Positions 1 through 7,363 of a stretch of DNA of 32,000 nt are shown in pieces (the first letter of the stretch is position 1; every line of letters begins with the position of its first letter). The position numbers and the translations under genes are program-made. Under the pieces are notes generated by a model. The model was given only the letters and a program-made list of their open reading frames with translations. It ran no database searches and was not told the origin of the DNA. The DNA is taken from contig NZ_LGHJ01000006.1 of the NCBI RefSeq assembly GCF_001306055.1, positions 1 through 32,000 on the forward strand, given 5' to 3'. Origin of the DNA: Bellilinea caldifistulae. GTDB taxonomy: Bacteria > Chloroflexota > Anaerolineae > Anaerolineales > Anaerolineaceae.

Positions 1-145
1 GCCGAATTAACTTGCGGGTGTAGTGTTTCCACTCGATCAATTCATTCAATTTCCGCAAAAAATGATCGGCTGCTACAACTTGGTCGTACAGATAGTCCCC
101 AAAAAATGATCCTTTGCCGGTTTCTTCAAAACGCTGCTTTTCCAT
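1..145 (-). mobile_element. IS5/IS1182-type DDE transposase gene, first 48 codons only (runs off the left edge of the window)
   Basis: Hand translation of the minus strand from the ATG at 143-145 gives MEKQRFEETGKGSFFGDYLYDQVVAADHFLRKLNELIEWKHYTRKLIR. The FFGD-x-YD-x-VV-x2-DHFLRKL block matches the InsH-N/DUF772 N-terminal signature of IS5/IS1182-family transposases. It is absent from the ORF track because it is truncated by the window edge. Confidence 0.55.
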
Positions 146-210
146 CCCGCTGATCTCCAAAGTGGTTTGGTTCGATTGTATTAAGGTTTTCCCCTTTTCG
201 TCAATCCCAG

Positions 211-510
211 TTATTTGTTTTTCAACAATCTCCTGGACGGGTTGTTGACATCGCGGGTCAGGTAGTGGAATTCCAGCGGCTGACCATGGAATCTTTCCAC
301 ATTCTCCGCGGGGCGTTCACCCAACCCCGGTGAGTAGCCTTTCTGAAGGACGATTTGACGGCTTCGGGCAGGGAAGGGGATGTCGAAGCGAATTTCCTCC
401 ACCTGAATAAAGCGGGCGATCTGCGGTCTGTCAGGCGCATCTAACATTTCAAGGCGTAATCCAACGCCGCGTTGTGCATCCACCCAGACCCGATAGCGGT
501 CACTTTGCAA
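211..510 (-). CDS. hypothetical protein, 99 aa (possibly a headless remnant of a LolA/RseB-like domain)
   Basis: ORF with a TTG start. The YRVWVDAQRGVGLRLEMLD...IRFDIPFP pattern resembles the C-terminal half of LolA/RseB/DUF4367-type proteins. An in-frame stop about 15 codons upstream of the start leaves no room for the N-terminal half. There is no SD. Confidence 0.3.
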   Translation of the reverse strand: MQSDRYRVWVDAQRGVGLRLEMLDAPDRPQIARFIQVEEIRFDIPFPARSRQIVLQKGYSPGLGERPAENVERFHGQPLEFHYLTRDVNNPSRRLLKNK

Positions 511-597
511 GTTAAGTAGTTTCTTTGAAAAAGTATTCCTCCATGAAGCGAATCTAAATCAGACAAAAACACCCTTAATTGCATCTCAAAACCCTGA

Positions 598-603
598 TAT
601 AAT
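598..603 (+). promoter_or_regulatory. -10 box TATAAT, 7 nt upstream of the miaB ATG (leaderless-type promoter)
   Basis: The sequence reads gaTATAATttggcgcATG. There is no SD between the box and the start codon. TTAATT lies 17 nt upstream as a weak -35. Confidence 0.4.
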
Positions 604-610
604 TTGGCGC

Positions 611-1933
611 ATGAAATACTACATCTGGACGGAAGGTTGTCAGATGAACGTGGCCGACTCACAGCGGGTGGCTTCGGCGCTGGAACACCTCGGTTATCAC
701 AGCGCATCGCGCGCCGAAGAGGCTGACGTGATCGTGTTGAATACCTGTGTGGTGCGCCAGTCCGCCGAAGATAAAGCTTACGGCCGGCTCAGTTCACTGC
801 GCCCGATCAAAAAGCAGCGCCCCGATCTGGTGATTAACCTGATGGGCTGTCTGGTGGGGGTCAAGGGCAACCCCAAGGTGGCCGAGCGCTTCCCGTATGT
901 GGATGTCTTTTCGCCGCCTTCTGACCCGCGCCCGCTGGTGGAGTACCTGCTGCGCCGCGATGGGCGCGATCTGGAACAGGCCGAGGTCGCCCTGCGTTAC
1001 GCACTCCAGGACGAAGACCTGACCCTGCCGGCCGAAGAACGCGGCAATCTGGTTTCGGCTTTCATCCCGGTGGTGTACGGCTGCTCGCATGCCTGCACCT
1101 TCTGCATCATCCCCTACCGGCGCGGGGTGGAAAAAAGCCGCCCGCCGCAGGAAATTTTGAACGAAGCCCGCGCGCTGGTGGCGCAGGGTGTCAAAGAAAT
1201 TACCCTGCTGGGGCAGATTGTCGACCGCTACGGCAAGGACAATCCCGACTACCCCACCCTGAGCGGGTTGCTCCGCCGGCTACAACAAATTGAAGGGCTG
1301 GAGCGCATCCGCTTCCTCACCTCGCACCCCAACTGGATGACCGATGACCTGCTGGATGCGGTTGCCGAACTGCCCAAGGTCATGCCGCACATCGAAGTGC
1401 CGGTGCAGGCCGGCGACGACGAGGTGCTGGCCAACATGCGCCGCGGTTATACCGCCGAGCAGTACCGCCGGCTGGTGGAGAAAATCCGCGCCCGCATCCC
1501 CGGCGTTTCCATCGCCACCGATGTGATTGTCGGCTTCCCCGGCGAGAGCGAAGCCCAGTTCCAGCACACCTACGACCTGCTGGCGGAGTTGAAACTGGAT
1601 GTGGCGCATCTGGCGCGCTACTCGCCGCGCGAAGGCACGGTTTCGGCGCGCCGCATGGCCGATGATGTGCCGGACGAGGAAAAATGGCGGCGTTTCCGCC
1701 TGCTGGAAGAATTGCAGGAGACGATTGCCGCCGAAATCCACGCTGCCTACCTCGGCAAGACGGTGGATGTATTGTTCGAAGAACCGGTACGCGGGCGCTG
1801 GAAGGGACGCACCCCCACCAATAAACTGGTCTTTGTCGAAAGTGAAGCCGACCTGCGGGGTAAGATCCTGCCGGTGGAAATCACCTGGACGGGACCGTGG
1901 TCCATGCAGGGACGCCTGACTCAACCGGCATGA
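611..1933 (+). CDS. miaB: tRNA-i6A37 methylthiotransferase MiaB (radical SAM)
   Basis: 440 aa. The N-terminal MKYYIWTEGCQMNVADS is the UPF0004/MTTase domain. CSHACTFC is the radical-SAM CxxxCxxC motif. A C-terminal TRAM-like region is present. Confidence 0.93.
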   Translation: MKYYIWTEGCQMNVADSQRVASALEHLGYHSASRAEEADVIVLNTCVVRQSAEDKAYGRLSSLRPIKKQRPDLVINLMGCLVGVKGNPKVAERFPYVDVFSPPSDPRPLVEYLLRRDGRDLEQAEVALRYALQDEDLTLPAEERGNLVSAFIPVVYGCSHACTFCIIPYRRGVEKSRPPQEILNEARALVAQGVKEITLLGQIVDRYGKDNPDYPTLSGLLRRLQQIEGLERIRFLTSHPNWMTDDLLDAVAELPKVMPHIEVPVQAGDDEVLANMRRGYTAEQYRRLVEKIRARIPGVSIATDVIVGFPGESEAQFQHTYDLLAELKLDVAHLARYSPREGTVSARRMADDVPDEEKWRRFRLLEELQETIAAEIHAAYLGKTVDVLFEEPVRGRWKGRTPTNKLVFVESEADLRGKILPVEITWTGPWSMQGRLTQPA

Positions 1934-2661
1934 AGCGCGTATTTCCGCTTTTGCTGGGCGGGGCGGTGATTGCCGGACTGGTGGTGGGTTATTTCTGGTT
2001 TCTGAATCCGCGCCGCACGGCCAATCGCACCACCCGTGTGGTACAGTTCATCCGTAACCCGCAGAATTATGCCGACTGGATGGTGCGCGCCGGTACACGC
2101 TGCGAGGGCGCTCCGTTTGCCTTCCCCACCGATGGTTATATCGGTTTTTTGTGGGATGATTCGTTCCGCCCCGGCCACCGCCACACCGGCCTGGATATTT
2201 TCGGCGGCACCCCACCGGGGCAGACGCCGGTGTACGCTGCCTACGACGGCTACCTGACCCGCCTTTCGGACTGGAAATCCACCGTCATCATCCGCATCCC
2301 GCAAGACCCGCTCCAACCAGGCCGTCAAATCTGGACGTATTACACCCATCTGGCGGACGAACAGGGCAATTCCCAGATTGCGCCGCAATTTCCGCCCGGC
2401 ACGAGCGAGGTGTTTGTCGAGCAGGGCACTTTGCTGGGCTTTCAGGGCAATTTTTCTGGCACGCCCGGCGCGCCGGTAGGGGTGCATCTGCATTTTTCGA
2501 TTGTCAAAGATGACGGGCAGGGTCACTTCCTCAACGAACTGGAGATTGGTAACACCTTCGACCCATCCCCCTACTTCAACCTGCGCCTGAACGCCAACGA
2601 CAATCCGCCTGTGCCGCAAGTGTGCGAACCAGCGGATGGGCAGGTAAAGGAGCAGCCATGA
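1930..2661 (+). CDS. M23 family metallopeptidase, membrane-anchored
   Basis: HRHTGLDIF (HxxxD) and HLHFSI (HxH) motifs. N-terminal TM helix FPLLLGGAVIAGLVVGYFWF. I chose the ATG at 1930 because it overlaps the miaB stop as ATGA (translational coupling); the track ORF begins at 1897. Confidence 0.85.
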   Translation: MKRVFPLLLGGAVIAGLVVGYFWFLNPRRTANRTTRVVQFIRNPQNYADWMVRAGTRCEGAPFAFPTDGYIGFLWDDSFRPGHRHTGLDIFGGTPPGQTPVYAAYDGYLTRLSDWKSTVIIRIPQDPLQPGRQIWTYYTHLADEQGNSQIAPQFPPGTSEVFVEQGTLLGFQGNFSGTPGAPVGVHLHFSIVKDDGQGHFLNELEIGNTFDPSPYFNLRLNANDNPPVPQVCEPADGQVKEQP

Positions 2662-3278
2662 ACCGTAAAAATGGATCCGTCCCCCCACGGGTAGCCCTGG
2701 TTTGCGGAGCCGGCCGTGACCCCGGCCGCGCGATTGCCCTCCGTCTGGCGGCTGCCGGCTGGCAGATTGCCGCCCATGATTTACAGCCCCTGCATCTGGA
2801 AGAGTTGAAGCAGGAGATCGAGCAAATCGGTTCGGTCTGCCGCACCTACGTGGGGGATACCGGCAAGGGGCTGGCAGCCCGGGCGCTGATTGACGATGTT
2901 CTCCATGATTGGGAGCGGCTGGATGTTTTGATGTATTGCCTGCAAGCTGCTCCTTCTGCCGATTTGCTGATGCTGGACGAGTGGGACTGGCAGCGCGCGC
3001 TTGAAATCAACCTGAGCGCGCCGTTTTTGCTGGCGCAGGCTGCCGTGGCGGTGATGCGTGAGCAGAAAGGCGGGGGAGGAGTTTTCTTCGTCACCCAGCC
3101 CCAACTGGCACGGTCTTCTCTGCCGCTGGCAGCCGCCCAGGCCGGAATTAGCGGGCTGGTGGAAGCCATCGCTTCCGGGCTGCTGGCGTATAATATTCAT
3201 AGTGCTGTGTTTGCCGCCGCTCAGGACAACCTTGAAACGATTGTTCAACAGGTGCTTCGGCGCGTTGAGACGGATTAA
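2658..3278 (+). CDS. SDR-fold (Rossmann) protein, catalytic Tyr/Lys apparently absent
   Basis: ALVCGAGRDPGRAIALRLAAAG is the dinucleotide-binding turn, and the overall layout is SDR-like. The ATG at 2658 overlaps the M23 stop (ATGA). The region aligning to YxxxK reads PLAAAQAG. Confidence 0.65.
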   Translation: MNRKNGSVPPRVALVCGAGRDPGRAIALRLAAAGWQIAAHDLQPLHLEELKQEIEQIGSVCRTYVGDTGKGLAARALIDDVLHDWERLDVLMYCLQAAPSADLLMLDEWDWQRALEINLSAPFLLAQAAVAVMREQKGGGGVFFVTQPQLARSSLPLAAAQAGISGLVEAIASGLLAYNIHSAVFAAAQDNLETIVQQVLRRVETD

Positions 3279-3320
3279 TGGCGGAGATACAGCCCATCCC
3301 ACCGAACGGGGGAGGCTGCC

Positions 3321-4121
3321 ATGCCACTTTCCTATCGTGAACTGGTGCAGGGATTACAGCGGCTGGGGCTGCCAGCCGGTAAACCGGTGATTGCCCATGC
3401 CTCGTTGAAGTCGTTTGGGGAGGTACGCGGCGGGGCCGAAACGCTGCTGGGTGCCCTGCTCGGCGTCTTCCCGCATCTGATGATGCCCACCCACACTTAC
3501 CAGACCATGCTGATTCCGGAAGAAGGCCCGGCCGATAATGCCATCCAATACGGCAGCGGGCGCGATCAAAACGCCATGGCGGTTTTCTTCACCCCCGACC
3601 TGCCGGCCGACCCGCTGATGGGCATCCTGCCGGAGGTGCTCCGTAAACACCCGCAGGCAAAGCGTTCAACTCATCCGATCCTTTCGTTTGCCGGAGTGGG
3701 CGTGGATGAGACGCTTACCACTCAAACGCTGGCCGAACCGTTGGCGCCCATCCGGGTTTTGAACGAAGAAGAGGGCTGGGTGCTGCTGCTGGGGGTGGAT
3801 CACACCGTCAATACCAGCATCCATTACGCCGAAAAACTGGCCGGGCGGCGGCAATTCGTGCGTTGGGCGCTGACTCCCGGCGGCGTGGTGGAGTGTCCGG
3901 GTTTTCCGGGCTGTTCGCTGGGGTTTGAAAAAGCCGCCCCGCTGCTGCAAGCCGTCACCCGCGAGACTATGATCGGAACGGCACGGGTGCGCGCTTTACC
4001 TTTGACCGAGATGACCGGCCTGCTGGTGGCCGCCTTGCAGGAAGACCCGCTGGCGTTTTTGTGCGATGACCCGACCTGCGAACGCTGTGCCGCAACGCGG
4101 CAGGCTTTGGCAAGAGAGTAA
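3321..4121 (+). CDS. AAC(3)-family aminoglycoside N-acetyltransferase-like protein
   Basis: 266 aa. LGLPAGKPVIAHASLKSFG...GGAETLLGAL and HTVNTSIHYAE match the Antibiotic_NAT (AAC(3)) family pattern. Confidence 0.8.
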   Translation: MPLSYRELVQGLQRLGLPAGKPVIAHASLKSFGEVRGGAETLLGALLGVFPHLMMPTHTYQTMLIPEEGPADNAIQYGSGRDQNAMAVFFTPDLPADPLMGILPEVLRKHPQAKRSTHPILSFAGVGVDETLTTQTLAEPLAPIRVLNEEEGWVLLLGVDHTVNTSIHYAEKLAGRRQFVRWALTPGGVVECPGFPGCSLGFEKAAPLLQAVTRETMIGTARVRALPLTEMTGLLVAALQEDPLAFLCDDPTCERCAATRQALARE

Positions 4122-4129
4122 GGTTACAG

Positions 4130-4166
4130 GGCAATCTCCCCCGCCATGGCTGTGGGGGAGATTGCC
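4130..4166. repeat. perfect 13-bp inverted repeat GGCAATCTCCCCC-N11-GGGGGAGATTGCC (GGGAGATTGCC repeat family; possible 3' hairpin of the AAC(3)-like gene)
   Basis: Read directly from the sequence, 9 nt after the TAA at 4119-4121. The right arm continues GCGCTGGCTG, as in the units of the 23.7 kb array. No T-tract follows. Confidence 0.6.
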
Positions 4167-4283
4167 GCGCTGGCTGAGACGATTTCCTCAAATCGTTGAA
4201 AATCCTCATCCGCAGGCGGGGTTGTGTTAGAATTAGAGACGGCTGCCCGGCAGCCGCAAAAAATCCCTCTGTTTAGGTGAACC

Positions 4284-5564
4284 ATGCCTGCAAACGCATT
4301 TGAAGAACTCCAATGGCGCGGGCTGGTCTTTGATTGTATCGAAGGCGTCCAGAACCTGCTTGCCACCCAGACCGTCACCGTCTATAACGGTTTTGATGTG
4401 ACCGCCGATAGCCTGCACATCGGTCACCTTGTGCCGTTGCTGGCGCTGGCGCGCTTGCAGCGTTACGGTCATCACCCGATTGCGGTGGCGGGCGGCGGCA
4501 CGACCATGATCGGCGATCCGAGCGGCAAGAGCAGCGAACGCCCGCTACTTTCGCGTCAGCAGATCGAAGAAAACGCCGAAGCCATCAAGGGGCAGCTGGC
4601 GCGTTTTCTGGATTTCGACTCCAAAACCAACCCGGCCCGGCTGGTCAACAACGCCGACTGGCTGCTGCCTCTCAACCTGATTGACTTCCTGCGGGACATT
4701 GGCAAGCATTTCACCGTCAATTACATGATTGCCAAGGACTCGGTGCGCGCCCGGCTGGAGCGCGAAGAGGGCATTTCTTTCACCGAGTTCAGTTACATGC
4801 TCCTGCAATCCTACGACTTTCTGCACCTGTACCGCACCTACGGCTGCCTGCTGCAAACCGGTGGCTCGGATCAGTGGGGAAACATTACCGCCGGGGTGGA
4901 GTTGATTCGCCGTGTAACCGGCGGGACGGCCTATGGACTGGTTTACCCGCTCATCACCAAAGCCGATGGCAGTAAATTCGGCAAGACCGAAAGCGGTGCG
5001 GTCTGGCTTGACCCCCGGCGCACCTCGCCCTACCGCTTCTACCAGTTCTGGCTGAACACGGATGACCGCGACGTGATTCACTACCTGAAAGTGTTTACTT
5101 TCCTGACCCAGCCGGAAATCGAGGAATTGCAGCACGCGCTGGAAGAAAAACCCGAACAGCGCGATGCCCAGCGTACGCTGGCGCGGGTGATGACCGGCAT
5201 GCTGCACGGCGAAACTGCCCTGGCGCGCGCTGAACAGGCTGCACAGGTGTTGTTTGGCGGCGCGGTGGAGGGGCTTTCGGCCGCGGAGATTGAGGATATC
5301 TTTGCCGATGTCCCCTCAGCACGCTTGAACAAAGACCAGTTCAGCGGGACAGGCCTGAATATCGTAGATTTACTGGTTGGCAGCGGGATGATGAAATCCA
5401 GGGGTGAAGCCCGCCGCGCCATCGGTGAGGGCGGAATTTACCTGAACAATCATCGTGTTGCCGAAAGTGAACGTCTGGTGACCGTCAATGATCTGCTGGA
5501 AGGTCGTTTCCTCATCCTGCGGCGCGGTAAAAAGACCTACTTTTTGGTGGAAGTGGTCGGATAG
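4284..5564 (+). CDS. tyrS: tyrosine--tRNA ligase
   Basis: HIGH motif ([10 protein letters not shown]), KMSKS-type motif (KFGKT) and a C-terminal S4 domain. 426 aa. Confidence 0.95.
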   Translation: MPANAFEELQWRGLVFDCIEGVQNLLATQTVTVYNGFDVTADSLHIGHLVPLLALARLQRYGHHPIAVAGGGTTMIGDPSGKSSERPLLSRQQIEENAEAIKGQLARFLDFDSKTNPARLVNNADWLLPLNLIDFLRDIGKHFTVNYMIAKDSVRARLEREEGISFTEFSYMLLQSYDFLHLYRTYGCLLQTGGSDQWGNITAGVELIRRVTGGTAYGLVYPLITKADGSKFGKTESGAVWLDPRRTSPYRFYQFWLNTDDRDVIHYLKVFTFLTQPEIEELQHALEEKPEQRDAQRTLARVMTGMLHGETALARAEQAAQVLFGGAVEGLSAAEIEDIFADVPSARLNKDQFSGTGLNIVDLLVGSGMMKSRGEARRAIGEGGIYLNNHRVAESERLVTVNDLLEGRFLILRRGKKTYFLVEVVG

Positions 5565-5606
5565 AACCCCGCTCAAAACCAGTTTTCGGGGCGAGATTAA
5601 CCGCAT

Positions 5607-5751
5607 ATCCGTCGCCGCAAGCGAGCGAGGCAATCTCCCGCAAAGCCGTTACAGAGGCTGGCTGGGAGATGTCCACCTGCACTGCACCAAGCGCAGTGCG
5701 GTACAGGTGTCGCTCCGCTCGGCATGACATTAAACGCTAATCCGTCGCCGC
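5607..5751. repeat. interspersed copy of the GGGAGATTGCC/CACCTGCAC element, bracketed by a 12-bp perfect direct repeat ATCCGTCGCCGC
   Basis: 5621-5727 aligns in inverted orientation to 23653-23766, sharing GCGAGCG-GGCAATCTCCC-CAAAGCC ... TCCACCTGCACTGCACCAAGCGCAG-GCGGT-CAGGTG...GCTCGGCATG. The direct repeats are at 5607-5618 and 5740-5751. Confidence 0.6.
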
Positions 5752-5781
5752 GAGCCGCCGTCAGGCGGCGTGGCGGTTTTT
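5745..5781 (+). terminator. rho-independent terminator (plus strand), between convergent tyrS and the DinB-like gene
   Basis: Stem GCCGCC-gtca-GGCGGC is extended by TCGCC/GGCGG and immediately followed by TTTTT (5777-5781). Confidence 0.65.
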
Positions 5782-6504
5782 CTAACCCAATTCGCGCGTG
5801 CCGGAAAGCAGTTTTTGAATGTGGGCGATGTGATCGCGTTCGTGCCACGCAGCGCGGCGCAGCAGTTTACGCGGGCTCCAAAATTCGCCGTCCTTGCCCA
5901 CCACTTTCACTTCACCTTCCAGCGTCGGCAGCGTTTCCACCAGTCTGCGGCGCACCGCATCCAACTGCTCAAACACATCCTCCGGCAACTCGCGTCGGCT
6001 GATGCCGGCCAGCCCCAGGCGGTCGAGGTACCACCATTCGGCTTTGGCAACATGCCCCAGCACCCCGCGGATGCTCCAGCGTTCACCGGGGTAAGGCCGG
6101 TCAAGAATGGTGTCGGATAGGCCTTCTACCAGTTTGAGCAGGTCGGCGCGACTGAAGGAGAGGATATCCAGCCCGCGGCGCACTTCCAGCCGGGTGAGCG
6201 GCTTCCAGTCGTAGCGGAACCAGGCGTTGACCGAATAACGCCCGTCCGGCTTGACATCGAAGTTTTCGTCAATTTCGTACACTTCCCACACATCCACCAG
6301 CCGCACATCCACATCATGCACATCGTCGAGCCACGATTGGGCGGTGTGACTGGCAATCCAGCGTTTATATTCCAGAAATGCCAGCGCCATATTCATGACG
6401 GCCTCACTGCTTTCTGTGCCGTAGGCAAAACAACCGGGATGTTCCAGCGCCCATGCCAGCGAGCGGTTTTCAACATTGTTTTCCAGTCCAACCAGAATGT
6501 GCAT
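5782..6504 (-). CDS. DinB-family (DinB_2-like) protein
   Basis: 240 aa. The C-terminal half has a DinB-like four-helix pattern with His residues (GHVAKAEWWY ... ERDHIAHIQKLL). GGAGG SD upstream, and a TATAAT at 6540-6545 on the minus strand. Confidence 0.7.
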   Translation of the reverse strand: MHILVGLENNVENRSLAWALEHPGCFAYGTESSEAVMNMALAFLEYKRWIASHTAQSWLDDVHDVDVRLVDVWEVYEIDENFDVKPDGRYSVNAWFRYDWKPLTRLEVRRGLDILSFSRADLLKLVEGLSDTILDRPYPGERWSIRGVLGHVAKAEWWYLDRLGLAGISRRELPEDVFEQLDAVRRRLVETLPTLEGEVKVVGKDGEFWSPRKLLRRAAWHERDHIAHIQKLLSGTRELG

Positions 6505-6595
6505 GAGTTTTCCTCCGCCTTCAAGTTGAGATTACCCCTATTATAGCAACTTGTTTGACCAGGATTCGGTTAAAAATCCTTTGAGAGGAATGGGG

Positions 6596-6636
6596 AAAAA
6601 TAAAACACCCGGCCGGGGATGCTGCACGGGTGTTTT
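6596..6636 (-). terminator. rho-independent terminator of the CHRD gene
   Basis: The minus strand reads AAAACACCCG-N15-CGGGTGTTTT followed by ATTTTTCCCC, about 20 nt after the CHRD stop. Confidence 0.75.
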
Positions 6637-6658
6637 GGGGTGGGGAATTGGAGAATGT

Positions 6659-7171
6659 TTAAGGTTCCAGCAATTGACCACGCTCTTCGCCCATCGGGTT
6701 GAGGGCTGTGTGAACATTGACATAAATCAGTCCGCTGCGCAGGTAGTTGTTGAACTGCGCGCCGGTTACGCCGGCGGCCATCAACTGCGCCGGGCCGATC
6801 ACGCCGGTGATGTACAGGTTGCCGTCGGCATCGTAGGTGCAATCACCCACCACCGAAGGCGCAGGCGAACCGCACAGGCTGATGAAAATCGGTGCGGTCT
6901 GGGTTGCATCCGCCGGGGCATGCAGGTGAACACCGGTTGCCGGGCCGGAAAGCCGGCGCCCAATCACGGTGAAATTAAAACTGCCGTCCATGTTGGAGAC
7001 CACCACAGCCGAACCGCGTGCCGTCGAACCAACCACTTCGTGGAGTTCATTGTCCGGTGAAAGGCTGGCTCGAAAGACCTGCTTGCGGGCTATCGCCGCG
7101 CCGCCGGGCAGCGCCAAAGCAACCGCAACCAGTAAGACAACCGCCAGTAAAAACCATTTTTGGAAACGCAT
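6659..7171 (-). CDS. secreted CHRD domain-containing protein
   Basis: Signal peptide MRFQKWFLLAVVLLVAVALA. GVHLHAPA...APIF and YVNVHTALNPMGEERGQL are the CHRD-domain hallmarks. Confidence 0.8.
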   Translation of the reverse strand: MRFQKWFLLAVVLLVAVALALPGGAAIARKQVFRASLSPDNELHEVVGSTARGSAVVVSNMDGSFNFTVIGRRLSGPATGVHLHAPADATQTAPIFISLCGSPAPSVVGDCTYDADGNLYITGVIGPAQLMAAGVTGAQFNNYLRSGLIYVNVHTALNPMGEERGQLLEP

Positions 7172-7349
7172 GCAAATACCTCCTGGGAAAAAAGAAAGGG
7201 GAAAAACAACGTCCTAAAATTGATTGTACTGCGGAAAATTCAGAAATCAATTACCTTTTTAGTCAATAATATTATAACTTTATTTGAATCAATCCCCGCG
7301 GCTTTGTTTCGTCATCAATCCAAAACCTCACTCCTGCCCTTTGGCCTGC

Positions 7350-7355
7350 TATAAT
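7350..7355 (+). promoter_or_regulatory. -10 box TATAAT, 8 nt upstream of the LCP gene ATG (leaderless-type promoter)
   Basis: The sequence reads gcTATAATtcagaaagATG, with no properly spaced SD. Confidence 0.4.
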
Positions 7356-7363
7356 TCAGAAAG

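Noticed and set aside
4167-4283. T-box leader upstream of tyrS, which is the classic location for one.
   Set aside because: Only about 115 nt are available after the hairpin at 4130-4166. I cannot find the conserved T-box sequence (..GGGUGGUACCGCG..) or a terminator/antiterminator pair. The GGCTGCC-cg-GGCAGCC hairpin at about 4240-4255 is followed by an A-run, not a U-run. AGAGA and GGTGAACC strings alone are insufficient.
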